Notes: generated by a model not told the origin, from the sequence alone. DNA of 64,000 bases from an uncultured Candidatus Saccharibacteria bacterium (GCA_964420015.1 CAYQPO010000001.1:23048-87047); one strand, 5' to 3'. Counted from the stretch's first letter, positions 29,454 through 38,747 are shown. Numbers and translations: made by a program.

Positions 29454-30755
29454 ATGAGTCAGGTTATTACGCGCTTTCCGCCGAGCCCCACGGGCTTTTT
29501 GCATATAGGCGGCGTACGCACCGCGCTGTACAACTATCTCTTTGCTAAGCACAACAGGGGTAAAATGTTTTTGCGGTTCGAAGATACGGATGCCGAGCGC
29601 TCAAAACAGGAGTTTGAACAGGATATCCTAGACGGCCTTGCGTGGCTTGGCATACCGTATGAAATGCCAGAAATCGCACGGCAGTCTGAGCGTACTGAGG
29701 TGTACAAAAAATATTTTAAGCAGCTAGTTGATAGTAAGTTAGCTTACGAAGCCGAACCCCAAAAAGAAAATCCAAGCAAAAAAGTAGTCCGCTTTAAAAA
29801 TCCAAACAAAAAGATTACTTTCAATGATGCAGTGCGTGGTGAGGTGACTTTCGACACCACCGAACTGGGTGATTTTGTAATCGCACGTTCGCTCGATGAG
29901 CCGCTCTACCACTTGGCCGTAGTAATCGACGACTACGAGATGGGCGTCACGCACGTTATCCGCGGCGAGGATCATATCTCTAACACGCCGCGGCAAATCT
30001 TGATTCTCGAAGCGCTTGGGTTTGCCCGGCCCGAGTACGCGCACATCCCACTTATCTTAGCACCCGACAAGACTAAACTCTCTAAACGCCACGGCGCAGT
30101 CTCAATCAATGAGTATCGCGCAATGGGTTTCATCCCAGAGAGTTTGCTCAACTATTTGGCACTCTTGGGCTGGAACCCTGGGGGAGAACAGGAACTATTT
30201 AGACTGGACGAACTTGCACAACAATTTACACTCGACCGTGTGCACAAAAGCGGCGCAGTGTTTGATATCGAAAAGCTCAGATGGTTTAACCATGAGCAGC
30301 TCAAGAAACTTTCAAACGAGGAGTATGCGAAACGCTTTGAGGCCTTTGCAGCTAAGACTCTGGACTCCCGCTTGGTACCGCTGCTTAAAGATCGCGCTGC
30401 AACACTCAAAGAGGCTGCGGAGCTTTTGGAGAGTGAGTTTACCTTTATCGATAGTGCAGAGTACGCCGGCGATTTGCTCTTGCAGGGTGGAAAGATCAAT
30501 GCAGAAGTTGCGTCTAACCACTTGAAGGCAATCGATGAGCTACTCGAACACATCCCCGATGAAGGTTTTTATGCAGCGCAGCTCAAAGACATTCTCTGGC
30601 CCTACGCCACAGCCCAAGGCAGGGGAGAGGTGCTTTGGCCGCTTCGTGTGGCGCTCTCGGGCAAGGAAAAGTCTCCCGACCCCTTTATTATTATGGGGAT
30701 TTTGGGCAAAGCAGAGAGCCGCAAGCGCATTGCTGAGGCGATCCAAAAATTATAA
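29454..30755 (+). CDS. gltX: glutamate--tRNA ligase (short 433-aa form)
   Basis: PSPTGFLHIGGVRTALYN (HIGH) and KLSKRHG (KMSKS) motifs. Confidence 0.85.
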   Translation: MSQVITRFPPSPTGFLHIGGVRTALYNYLFAKHNRGKMFLRFEDTDAERSKQEFEQDILDGLAWLGIPYEMPEIARQSERTEVYKKYFKQLVDSKLAYEAEPQKENPSKKVVRFKNPNKKITFNDAVRGEVTFDTTELGDFVIARSLDEPLYHLAVVIDDYEMGVTHVIRGEDHISNTPRQILILEALGFARPEYAHIPLILAPDKTKLSKRHGAVSINEYRAMGFIPESLLNYLALLGWNPGGEQELFRLDELAQQFTLDRVHKSGAVFDIEKLRWFNHEQLKKLSNEEYAKRFEAFAAKTLDSRLVPLLKDRAATLKEAAELLESEFTFIDSAEYAGDLLLQGGKINAEVASNHLKAIDELLEHIPDEGFYAAQLKDILWPYATAQGRGEVLWPLRVALSGKEKSPDPFIIMGILGKAESRKRIAEAIQKL

Positions 30756-30765
30756 AATAGGGCAA

Positions 30766-32130
30766 ATGCCCTTGCGTAGACTCGCTGGTTTAGTACTTGG
30801 TGTCAGTATCTTTTTTGGCTGCGCAAGTGCAGCGTCTGCCCAAGCAATAGACCAAGCTGCCCAAGACCGTATCGAACAGGCTAACGCGCAATCTAAAGCC
30901 GCCGCAGACGCGGCGGCCAAAGCAGCGGCCGACGCCCAAGCACAGGTCGACGCCACACAGCGCCAGATAGACCAGCTTAAGCAAGAGATAGCCCAGCTAC
31001 AAAGCCAACTCAATTCCACCACCGCACAAAAACAGACGCTACAAAACGCGATCAACCAGCTCAACCTTCAAATTCAAAAGCTTCAAAAGTCGATCACACT
31101 TACCAACACCCAAATTAAACAAACCAACGCACAAATCACCACACTCAGTGGCAACATCCAAACCACCTCGGGCAAGATCGACCAAGCTGAAAGCGGCGTA
31201 GCCAGCTCGCTCCGCGAGCTCCAGGAGCTCGATCAAGAACCGCTGGCGGTCACATTACTTAGCGGCGGGAGTCTCTCGAGTTTTTTTGACCGAGCGCTCA
31301 GTGCGGCCGACCTGCGCGCACAACTCGAAAACAAAATCGAAGATCTCTCCAACCTTAAAACCGGTCTCCAAAATACCAAGACCGCGGCTCAAACTAAAGC
31401 GCAGCAACTCTCCACGCTTAAAAGCAGTCTCAACCAGCAACAACAAGGCCTGAACGCTGCCAAGCAGTCGCAGACCGACCTGCTCACAGAGACCAAAAAC
31501 AAAGAAAGTAACTATCAATCGCTCATCGCCCAAAAACAGGCACTGGAGCGTAAATTTGAACAGGACCTTCTAGACTTTGAAGCAAAATTGGGGCTGCACA
31601 CCGACGCTTCAACGCTCCCGCCCTCGGGGGGTGGGGAGCTCGCCTGGCCTTTGGACAGCGTGCGCATCACCCAATACTTTGGCAACACCGACTTTGCGAC
31701 GCAGAACCCACAAATCTATTCTGGCCACGGCCACACCGGGGTCGACTTTGCCGCCTCGACCGGCACGCGCGTCTTGGCCGCACGCGGCGGCGTAGTGCTT
31801 GGTACCGGGAACACCGACCTGACGTGCCCCAACGCCTCGTTTGGCAAGTGGGTGTTTATCAAACACGACAACGGACTCTCAACGCTCTACGCGCACCTCT
31901 CGGTAATATCAGTAACCCAAGGGCAGCAAGTCTCAACCGGCGACGTGGTCGGTTACTCGGGCTCAACCGGCTATGCCACCGGTCCGCATCTGCACTTTGG
32001 CGTCTATGCCACCTCAGGCTCGGAAATTGCCTCATTTGCTTCTAAAAGTTGCAACGGCAAAACCTATACCATGCCCGTGGGCGACATATCAGCCTACTTA
32101 AACCCCTTGTCTTATCTCCCAGCGCATTAA
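30766..32130 (+). CDS. M23 (LytM) family peptidoglycan endopeptidase with N-terminal coiled-coil (EnvC-like)
   Basis: signal peptide, long Gln/Ala-rich coiled-coil, C-terminal HTGVDFAA...GPHLHFGVY M23 motifs. Confidence 0.75.
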   Translation: MPLRRLAGLVLGVSIFFGCASAASAQAIDQAAQDRIEQANAQSKAAADAAAKAAADAQAQVDATQRQIDQLKQEIAQLQSQLNSTTAQKQTLQNAINQLNLQIQKLQKSITLTNTQIKQTNAQITTLSGNIQTTSGKIDQAESGVASSLRELQELDQEPLAVTLLSGGSLSSFFDRALSAADLRAQLENKIEDLSNLKTGLQNTKTAAQTKAQQLSTLKSSLNQQQQGLNAAKQSQTDLLTETKNKESNYQSLIAQKQALERKFEQDLLDFEAKLGLHTDASTLPPSGGGELAWPLDSVRITQYFGNTDFATQNPQIYSGHGHTGVDFAASTGTRVLAARGGVVLGTGNTDLTCPNASFGKWVFIKHDNGLSTLYAHLSVISVTQGQQVSTGDVVGYSGSTGYATGPHLHFGVYATSGSEIASFASKSCNGKTYTMPVGDISAYLNPLSYLPAH

Positions 32131-32249
32131 TTTTTGGCTATCCCCACCCCAAGATGGGGTAGGGGCGTGAGTGCCTCATACTTACGGTAGGCGGCGTGCC
32201 ATAGGGCAAGGGTCGAGCCGCTCTAAAGTTTTTTCTACAATACCGTTAT

Positions 32250-32477
32250 ATGAAAGCGCTTCATATGATCACGTTTATCCTCCTGATCATCGGCGGCCTC
32301 AACTGGGGCCTGGTTGGTCTTGGTGGATTTGCGGGTGCTAACTGGAACGTAGTCAACATGATCCTCGGCTCATGGCCGCAGGTTGAGTGGATAGTCTACG
32401 TCCTTGTTGGTCTCTCGGCGATCTGGGTCGCAGTCGGTCATAAAAAAGACTGCCGCATGTGCTCAGGCATGATGTAA
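32250..32477 (+). CDS. DUF378-family small membrane protein
   Basis: ITFILLIIGGLNWGLVGL... pattern of DUF378. Confidence 0.5.
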   Translation: MKALHMITFILLIIGGLNWGLVGLGGFAGANWNVVNMILGSWPQVEWIVYVLVGLSAIWVAVGHKKDCRMCSGMM

Positions 32478-32502
32478 AGCCGACTCTGTTTTGTTGCATG
32501 CA

Positions 32503-32528
32503 TATCCCCCAGCAGTGGGGGATTTTGC
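32503..32528 (+). terminator. rho-independent terminator
   Basis: ATCCCCC-agcagt-GGGGGAT then TTTTG. Confidence 0.6.
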
Positions 32529-32589
32529 ATGGCCAAAATCGTAAAATTAATTTTATTTACAGCCTCTATGGTATACTGAGGCCTTCACC

Positions 32590-33330
32590 ATGGATGCTAT
32601 TTCGGTCAAAGAACTGCGTAAGACCTACGACAGCGGTACGGAGGCGCTCAAGGGAGTGAGTCTCAACGTTGAGCAGGGCGATTTTTTCGCCTTGCTCGGG
32701 CCCAATGGCGCGGGCAAAACCACACTTATTAGTGTGGTCTGCGGACTCGTGCCCAAAACCTCGGGCAGGGCAGAGGTTTTTGGACACGGAATAGATACTG
32801 AACCAAGCAAAGCCAAAACTTTTATTGGACTGGTGCCGCAAGAAATAAACTTCGATTTTTTTGATTCGGTTTTTAATATCGTCGTCAATCAAGCAGGATA
32901 CTATGGACTGCCGCGCAAAGAGGCCATCGCACGCCTAGAGTCCCTACTCAAAGATCTCGGGCTTTGGGAAAAGCGCCATGAGCCGGGCCAGTCGCTCTCA
33001 GGCGGTATGAAGCGTCGTTTACTGATTGCCCGTGCACTCATCCATCAACCAAGAGTCCTTATACTCGACGAGCCAACGGCAGGTGTAGATGTGGAGCTGC
33101 GTCGACAAATGTGGACCTTTTTGCGCAAGATTAATGGAGAGGGGACAACCATCATACTCACGACACACTATCTCGAAGAGGCCGAGCAGCTCTGCCGCAA
33201 TGTGGCGATCATCAACAAGGGCGAGATCTTGGTCAACGAGGCTATGCAAGGATTTTTGGAGCGGCATGGCAACAAAAAGCTCGAGGACATTTATCTAGAA
33301 ACTATCGGCGTAGCCGCCGACAAACTATGA
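32590..33330 (+). CDS. ABC transporter ATP-binding protein (ABC-2 subfamily)
   Basis: Walker A GPNGAGKTT, signature LSGGMKRRL, Walker B LILDEPTAG. Confidence 0.8.
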   Translation: MDAISVKELRKTYDSGTEALKGVSLNVEQGDFFALLGPNGAGKTTLISVVCGLVPKTSGRAEVFGHGIDTEPSKAKTFIGLVPQEINFDFFDSVFNIVVNQAGYYGLPRKEAIARLESLLKDLGLWEKRHEPGQSLSGGMKRRLLIARALIHQPRVLILDEPTAGVDVELRRQMWTFLRKINGEGTTIILTTHYLEEAEQLCRNVAIINKGEILVNEAMQGFLERHGNKKLEDIYLETIGVAADKL

Positions 33331-34100
33331 CAGCCTATCAAATGTGGATCTCGTACTACACCATGATGCGCAAAGAGATTGTGCGGCTCTTTCGCATTTG
33401 GTCGCAAACGTTTTTGCCGCCGGTAATCACGAGCGCGCTCTACTTTATTGTGTTTGGTACTTTTATTGGTTCCAAGCTCCCGCCCATACACGGCCACACC
33501 TACATCGAGTTTATTGTCCCGGGGCTCATCATGATGCAGGTGATCACGAGCGCCTACATGCACACGGTCTCGACCTTCTTTTTTGCAAAGTTTGTACACA
33601 ACCTCGACGAGCTGATTGTCTCTCCCACGCCCGCGTGGCTGGTGATCTTTGGATTCGTGAGTGGGGGAGTGTTGCGCGGGCTTATTGTTGCGGCGCTCGT
33701 AGGGGCGGTAGCGCTCTTTTTTACCCACCTGGCGATCTATAACCTTGGCATACTGCTCCTTACTGTCCTCCTCACTTCAGTGCTCTTTAGTTTAGGCGGG
33801 CTCATCAACGGGGTGTTCGCCAAAGGGTTCGAAGGGATGAACTATGTGCCCACCTTTCTCCTCACCCCGCTTACCTTCTTGGGCGGTGTGTTCTACTCGG
33901 TGCAACAATTTACGCCCCTTTGGCAGATGGTATCAAAATTCAATCCGATCCTTTACATGGTCAACGCCTTTCGGTGGGGCTTTCTTGGCGTCTCCGACAT
34001 CTCATTGGGCATTTGCTACGCCGTACTCGTCGGTTTTTCAGTGCTCTTTGCACTAATTGTGTGGTGGCTCTTTAGAACTGGCAAGGGCTTGCGGGTTTAA
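33327..34100 (+). CDS. ABC-2 type transporter permease
   Basis: six TM helices, overlaps the ATPase gene stop by 4 nt (operon). Confidence 0.75.
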   Translation: MTAYQMWISYYTMMRKEIVRLFRIWSQTFLPPVITSALYFIVFGTFIGSKLPPIHGHTYIEFIVPGLIMMQVITSAYMHTVSTFFFAKFVHNLDELIVSPTPAWLVIFGFVSGGVLRGLIVAALVGAVALFFTHLAIYNLGILLLTVLLTSVLFSLGGLINGVFAKGFEGMNYVPTFLLTPLTFLGGVFYSVQQFTPLWQMVSKFNPILYMVNAFRWGFLGVSDISLGICYAVLVGFSVLFALIVWWLFRTGKGLRV

Positions 34101-34771
34101 AAAAGTTTTTTGCCGCGGCGATTCCATTCTACCGCTTCGGAAGATTTGATTTCAATTTGTGTTGCTTTGCGCGATTGTTTCATGGCTAGCCGAGATTGGG
34201 CAGGGGAGTGGGGTGCCCCATCGAGCAGCTCTGCGAGCCAATCTATTGATTGAGCAATAACCCAACGCTCGGGGGCGTAGCGCGAAAGGTCAAACGGTTT
34301 AGTGGAGTATGCAAGCATGGTCTTGTGCCCAGCCCGCTTGCCGTATCGTTCGCCCAAAAAATATTCGTGAAAGTAGCTCATCGCGAGCTCGCGGATAGTT
34401 TTGTACACCGGGTCGCGCCAGCGCAAGACTGGATGGTTAGTTTTAGAGATCGCGCCCCAGTAGCCATTTTGTCTAAAAGGCGTTACAACGTGGTCCTCGT
34501 CGTGCTCGACCGACTGTAAGTCGAGCAACAGCGGCTCATGACTGTGATACGCCAGCACTGCAGCTGCAAATGTGGCACCCTCCATACAGTGCGCCTTATT
34601 TTTAAGCAAAACGCCGCGCGGAGAAAGCATCACTTCCCCGCTCGATGGAAAATTTTGGGGGAGTGCCTCTAAATAGTCTTGAATTAATTTTGGAGTTGTA
34701 AGTTTTTTAAAAACCGCAGTCTCGTTGGGGGAGAGGAGGGCGCGCAAACGATCGCGGTAGGCTGCATTCAC
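34097..34771 (-). CDS. hypothetical protein (possible Cys/His/Asp hydrolase fold)
   Basis: 224-aa ORF, conserved-looking KAHCMEGATFAAAVL ... EDHVV segment; no confident family. Confidence 0.4.
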   Translation of the reverse strand: MNAAYRDRLRALLSPNETAVFKKLTTPKLIQDYLEALPQNFPSSGEVMLSPRGVLLKNKAHCMEGATFAAAVLAYHSHEPLLLDLQSVEHDEDHVVTPFRQNGYWGAISKTNHPVLRWRDPVYKTIRELAMSYFHEYFLGERYGKRAGHKTMLAYSTKPFDLSRYAPERWVIAQSIDWLAELLDGAPHSPAQSRLAMKQSRKATQIEIKSSEAVEWNRRGKKLF

Positions 34772-34813
34772 CTATTGATTATGGCATGTCTAAGTCCTTC
34801 ATTTGCAAGATAC

Positions 34814-34855
34814 TATAGGTCGCACAAATTCAATTATACGCGTTTGTGTCGCACA
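34814..34855. repeat. motif copies TATAGGTCGCACAAATT and GTCGCACA (shared with 35573..35603)
   Basis: direct reading; same 8-11-mer recurs 4 times within 800 bp. Confidence 0.45.
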
Positions 34856-34867
34856 TTGAACGTATCA

Positions 34868-34900
34868 AAAAGAAAACCGCCCGACCGAAGCCAGGCGGCT
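34868..34900 (-). terminator. rho-independent terminator of the 34921..35256 gene
   Basis: minus strand CCGCC-loop-GGCGG followed by TTTTCTTTTT. Confidence 0.5.
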
Positions 34901-34920
34901 CTCGATCAGGCGGGTGCGAA

Positions 34921-35256
34921 CTACTTGATGACCCACGTACTGGATGAGACATCCCAGCCGACGAAGTCGTTGCCGAACATTCGCTTCAGCTGGTCTGTCA
35001 TCTTGTGAAAGAAGTTCTTATGCGCGCGTTCCCAATAGCCAGGCACACCGGCTCCAGCAAGATTCAACTTGTACTTGAAGCCGATGCCGTGTTGGTCTTT
35101 AGAACACTTGCGGACATGGATATCGGTGTATTGATCACCGTCTGCACCCATGCTCCAGCCGCGCGCGACGGCCACGAGTCTCTCAATAGGAATGGAGTCC
35201 GAAAACTTCCACATTCCTGAGACGATGGGCTGGGCTAGATAAGCGTCTTCAGTCAT
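34921..35256 (-). CDS. hypothetical protein
   Basis: 111 aa from ATG preceded by GGGAG; ORF-track start is a TTG. Confidence 0.45.
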   Translation of the reverse strand: MTEDAYLAQPIVSGMWKFSDSIPIERLVAVARGWSMGADGDQYTDIHVRKCSKDQHGIGFKYKLNLAGAGVPGYWERAHKNFFHKMTDQLKRMFGNDFVGWDVSSSTWVIK

Positions 35257-35297
35257 CTTCAACTCCCATGGAAAGGAACAGCACGCGATATTGCGTA

Positions 35298-35330
35298 CAT
35301 AATTAATATATCACATTTATATTAATTATG
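35298..35330. promoter_or_regulatory. inverted repeat CATAATTAATATA-N7-TATATTAATTATG (13-bp arms) about 40 bp upstream of the 34921..35256 gene
   Basis: read directly; AT-rich promoter-like context. Confidence 0.5.
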
Positions 35331-35572
35331 TCAATACCCTATCTAAGCACAAGGGTAGGGGAGCAAGAAAGGAGTTTATACCCTCCAAAAAATAGACTTC
35401 CTCCCCTGTCCGACTATTGTGTTCGGGGGAGGGCTTAGTTCTTTGAAAAAAGAATACTGGTGGCACAAAGAAGGAGATTGCTAATGCAATTGATGCACTG
35501 CAAAACTTAATTGAGGCAGATGTTGAGGACAGGGAGGCCCGCCGCACGCGGGGTTAGTTCAAGGGTAGATAC

Positions 35573-35603
35573 GTCGCACAATATACCTTTTGCGACCTAT
35601 ATC
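35573..35603. repeat. GTCGCACAATATACCTTTTGCGACCTATAT: GTCGCA-N12-TGCGAC inverted repeat containing the reverse complement of the 34814 motif
   Basis: direct reading. Confidence 0.45.
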
Positions 35604-35991
35604 TTCTATAGAGGGGCCATGGGCCTAGCTGGGAGTTCATTAATCCTCCTCTGCCCTGACGCTTGAATATAATCTGTGTTAACGTTTGTTCGGGTCAATT
35701 GAACAAAGGGCTTCCCCATGATCGACCGTTCAATGCAGGACTACGACAGCTCGCAGTTCCAGCTGAAATTTCCGCTGGTGCAAGGCATCGTCGAGCGGTG
35801 CGGCCTTACAGCGCACAACGATCTTTTCTTGCTGCGGCGAGACCTCTACAAGATGGATGTCCCGGCGCTCAAACTCAGGCTCTCGTTGTTGATGCCGAGC
35901 CAGAATTGAACACACAGACGACTGTGAACGCCAAAGGCCGCCCCAGATGGGCGGCCTTTATAATTCTCGGCCAGACAGGGGAGCCACTCCC

Positions 35992-36300
35992 CTACATTGG
36001 CCGCGGACCGGACTCGACGTCGCAAAGTTCGATCCAACCGATCAAATTTCTGAACTCGAAACGCTTTTTGCCTTTGGACGTGCCTTGCTTGACCCGCAAC
36101 TCAAGCCAGCCATCCCATTTGCGCAATTCGATCAAACTGGAACCGAGGACCTCCTCGGCCATTGCTTTGATCCGGCGGCAGAGGGTGCCGAGCCGACGTT
36201 CATCTTCCGGATTGGGCTTGTCGTGTGCCGGCATGATGTCATAACTGGTAACACCGCGCACCGTACTGCCGTTACCAGCAATACTCACTTTGAGTCTCAT
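35992..36300 (-). CDS. hypothetical protein
   Basis: 102-aa ORF with perfect AGGAGG 7 nt upstream of ATG; balanced amino-acid composition, unlike the overlapping + strand ORF. Confidence 0.4.
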   Translation of the reverse strand: MRLKVSIAGNGSTVRGVTSYDIMPAHDKPNPEDERRLGTLCRRIKAMAEEVLGSSLIELRKWDGWLELRVKQGTSKGKKRFEFRNLIGWIELCDVESGPRPM

Positions 36301-36402
36301 GGGTTGTCCTCCTGGTCTGACCTAACGCAGGTCTAGCGCTAGTATAGCCAAGATTTCTTTGCGAGAAAGGGCCACTCCCCTGGTTGCATTTCTTGTGGTA
36401 TT

Positions 36403-36603
36403 GTGCCGCTGGAACTTGGCAAACAGAAAGGTCACAAAGCCATGAGTAGCCTGAGCATGCCGGCAACAGCTTTCTACACGGTAGTGGCGGCCTGGGCGTT
36501 GGTCGTCGCTTTGACCGCCTTCGGTTTGGTCCGCAAGGCCAGACTAATCCACTGGTACGGGACGCGCGAGGAGCCCAGAGAGCTTCGGCTCCTGAGAGCC
36601 TAA
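36403..36603 (+). CDS. hypothetical small membrane protein
   Basis: 66 aa, one TM (FYTVVAAWALVVALTAFGLV). Confidence 0.25.
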   Translation: MPLELGKQKGHKAMSSLSMPATAFYTVVAAWALVVALTAFGLVRKARLIHWYGTREEPRELRLLRA

Positions 36604-36638
36604 GCGACCCGCGCAGACGAGCGTGGCATCGCATCGAG

Positions 36639-36839
36639 GTGCTCGACCAATGGATCAACATCGGTTTTGCCCTTGTGGCGACGCCGCCTGCGCTCATCGC
36701 GGTGTCTATGATGCTGGTTGATGCACGCTCCGCCGTGGGCTTCATCGCCGCCAACAGCATCCTTGCGCTCGGCTGTTTGTTCTACGTCGCGCTGCGCATC
36801 AAAAGCCTTCTAATGCTCCACCTCGACAGAACCCTCTGA
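36639..36839 (+). CDS. hypothetical small membrane protein (2 TM)
   Basis: 66 aa, two hydrophobic helices. Confidence 0.3.
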   Translation: MLDQWINIGFALVATPPALIAVSMMLVDARSAVGFIAANSILALGCLFYVALRIKSLLMLHLDRTL

Positions 36840-36905
36840 GCCCGTGTTACACTGATAGAGTTCATGAGGTCTTGGCGGGCTTCATGGGCGTATTCCCGTG
36901 GGGGT

Positions 36906-36947
36906 CCCAACCGTGCGCAAGTGCGGTTGGGCCCTTTTTTGTTTTTT
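36906..36947 (+). terminator. rho-independent terminator
   Basis: CCCAACCG-10-nt loop-CGGTTGGG then CCCTTTTTTGTTTTTT. Confidence 0.6.
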
Positions 36948-36950
36948 ACA

Positions 36951-36994
36951 AGAAAAGCCGCCCGTTCGACAAGCTCAGGGCGGTTTTTCTTTTT
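36951..36994. terminator. second, bidirectional terminator hairpin between convergent genes
   Basis: A-tract, CCGCCC-loop-GGGCGG, TTTTTCTTTTT. Confidence 0.55.
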
Positions 36995-37003
36995 AGTAAT
37001 TTC

Positions 37004-37432
37004 TTATTTGAGCGCGAGCTGTTTGGCAGCTTCGGACTTGCCCCAGCACGGTTTGCTCGAGTTCCAGGGTGTAGTGCCCTCTTTATCATAGAGGTACTGA
37101 GCGTAGGCCACATTGCCTTGGATCGTGTAGAGATCGAGGCCGAGCTTGTCAGCGGTTTTGCCGTGATAAAACTCGTTGATCTGCATCACGCCGACGTCTT
37201 TGTTGTTGACAACGCCGCGGTGGATCGATCCGTCGGTATCAAACTGCTTAAAGTGCGACTCACATTGCGCGACTGCTTGCATGATAGGCTCGTCTTGAAA
37301 GTATGCGCGCACATACTGCTCGACAGTCTGCGCGGCCGGCATCGGCGGCAAAGCTGAGACCTGTTGCGCGGCGGCCTGAGAGCCGCTTAGTGCCACAGAT
37401 ACGGCAAGAGCGATACTAGCTGCGAAAGGCAT
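37004..37432 (-). CDS. secreted lysozyme-like / lytic transglycosylase (SLT) domain protein
   Basis: signal peptide MPFAASIALAVSVALSGSQAAAQ; catalytic-type CESHF...GVMQINEFY (E-S...G-MQ) motif. Confidence 0.5.
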   Translation of the reverse strand: MPFAASIALAVSVALSGSQAAAQQVSALPPMPAAQTVEQYVRAYFQDEPIMQAVAQCESHFKQFDTDGSIHRGVVNNKDVGVMQINEFYHGKTADKLGLDLYTIQGNVAYAQYLYDKEGTTPWNSSKPCWGKSEAAKQLALK

Positions 37433-37643
37433 ATAAATAGTTGGGTGAGTTAGTTATGAACGTCCTGGCTGCCCTTATAGGCCAAACCCAGAGACAAAAA
37501 CGCCCCCGGCTCGACTGCCGGAGGTATTAATACATTATCACTTTCTTGTCAAGGGGTGCAAGGATGAGACTTGACAAACTGGCTCATGCTTAAAAAGTCC
37601 TTATTTTGCAATATTTTTTAGGCTATTGTACTATAGCGATATT

Positions 37644-37714
37644 CGGGCCGTAGTATACCGGTAGTACGCGTCCATGGGGTGGATGTAGACCGGGTTCGAT
37701 TCCCGGCGGCCCGA
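37644..37714 (+). tRNA. tRNA-Pro (anticodon GGG)
   Basis: hand-folded cloverleaf: acceptor CGGGCCG/CGGCCCG, anticodon stem CGTCC/GGATG, loop AUGGGGU, T-arm CCGGG-TTCGATT-CCCGG; CCA not encoded. Confidence 0.65.
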
Positions 37715-37736
37715 CAATGAAGTGAACTAAAAGCCC

Positions 37737-38333
37737 TTATAACCAGGGTATTTCGTATTGCTCAAACTCGGGGAGCAATTTTTTGTCATAGAGCAAGCGT
37801 GAGACCACTTCGGCGCTATACTTTGCCCCGGTGAGCGCGTTGTGGGGCTTGGGCTCCTCGGGCATACCGCAATAGAGCGCAACCGCTTCGAGGTTGAGCC
37901 CCGAGTGATTTTTGCCCTCTTTGAGCGGGGGAGTTACTCCCCTCTTAATCATATGCTCAAAACAAAGGGTGTGGATGTCGATGATTCGGTGAGCAAACGG
38001 CCACGCAGTGTGCCCTGCGCGACGAGCCGCAGCCTGCAAAAAATATAAGTCGGTGAAAACGTTTTGCCCGGCGAGTGTGGTGTCGCGCATACCCTCGGCA
38101 AAGGCGATAAATTTGTGCACCAACTCCCCTTCAGTTTGTTTAGTTGAGTCAGTCGCTTGCTCTCGGGTAAACCCGTTGACCTCGAGCGCCTCGTCCTCGA
38201 TTTTGGCCCCCTCCCAGGCGCGACACTCTTCGTAAAGCTGCCTGCTTGGGTTTTCGAGGTCGACTGCGCCCACGCTTAAAATCGAGTGCAATGTGGGCTC
38301 CAGGCCGGTCATCTCGCAGTCGGTTACCAACAT
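37737..38333 (-). CDS. 3'-5' exonuclease, DnaQ-like DEDDh family
   Basis: Exo I VTDCEMTGL (DxE), later ...FTDLYFL.. and HNALTGAKYSAEV (H-x4-D) motifs; 198 aa. Confidence 0.65.
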   Translation of the reverse strand: MLVTDCEMTGLEPTLHSILSVGAVDLENPSRQLYEECRAWEGAKIEDEALEVNGFTREQATDSTKQTEGELVHKFIAFAEGMRDTTLAGQNVFTDLYFLQAAARRAGHTAWPFAHRIIDIHTLCFEHMIKRGVTPPLKEGKNHSGLNLEAVALYCGMPEEPKPHNALTGAKYSAEVVSRLLYDKKLLPEFEQYEIPWL

Positions 38334-38345
38334 AAAACTAGAGTA

Positions 38346-38747
38346 CTACAAACCGGGGCAATTGGCTGCTTTGGTGTAACCAGCTGCCTCGGCTTCGGCG
38401 GCACTGTCAAACCAGACTTTATTCTCCTCTTTGATTCTTGAGACCGCGCCGCAGCTGGCACGATAGTATTTGCTCCCCGTTTTTGAGGCAACATACTGCC
38501 CATCCGAATCCCCCGTTTGGGTAGCTTCGAGAGTGCTGATTTGGGCTGTTTTTGCTGGGGTGTTGGCTGCAGCTGCAGTTTGAATCTTTGGCTCCGGAGT
38601 TGCTATCGAAGGCACTCCAACCACAGAAAGACGCCCTAAACCAAAGGCCGAAAGGGCCACTAATGCAAGCACCGCAGGCATAAAAAGCCCTTCTAATAAC
38701 CCCTTGTATTTATTGAAAATCCCTGCTACTCTGTGAGGCACAAACAT
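38346..38747 (-). CDS. membrane-anchored protein with C-terminal Ada-N-like (methylphosphotriester-repair Zn-binding-like) domain
   Basis: YVASKTGSKYYRASCGAVSRIKEENKVWFDSAAEAEAAGYTKAANCP parallels the Ada N-terminal domain (FYYAVKTTGIFCRPSC...ENVSFYANASEALAAGFRPCKRC) but keeps only 2 of the 4 Cys; N-terminal TM. Confidence 0.45.
   Translation of the reverse strand: MFVPHRVAGIFNKYKGLLEGLFMPAVLALVALSAFGLGRLSVVGVPSIATPEPKIQTAAAANTPAKTAQISTLEATQTGDSDGQYVASKTGSKYYRASCGAVSRIKEENKVWFDSAAEAEAAGYTKAANCPGL

Noticed and set aside
35326-35547. 73-aa minus-strand ORF
   Set aside because: Ser/Ala/Phe-rich, no RBS, overlaps the 13-bp-arm palindrome. More likely non-coding promoter/leader sequence.
35663-36244. 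193-aa plus-strand ORF
   Set aside because: Low-complexity Arg/Ser/Pro/Ala-rich translation with no RBS. It overlaps the better-supported minus-strand ORF 35992-36300 (AGGAGG + ATG). Probably a GC-rich shadow frame.
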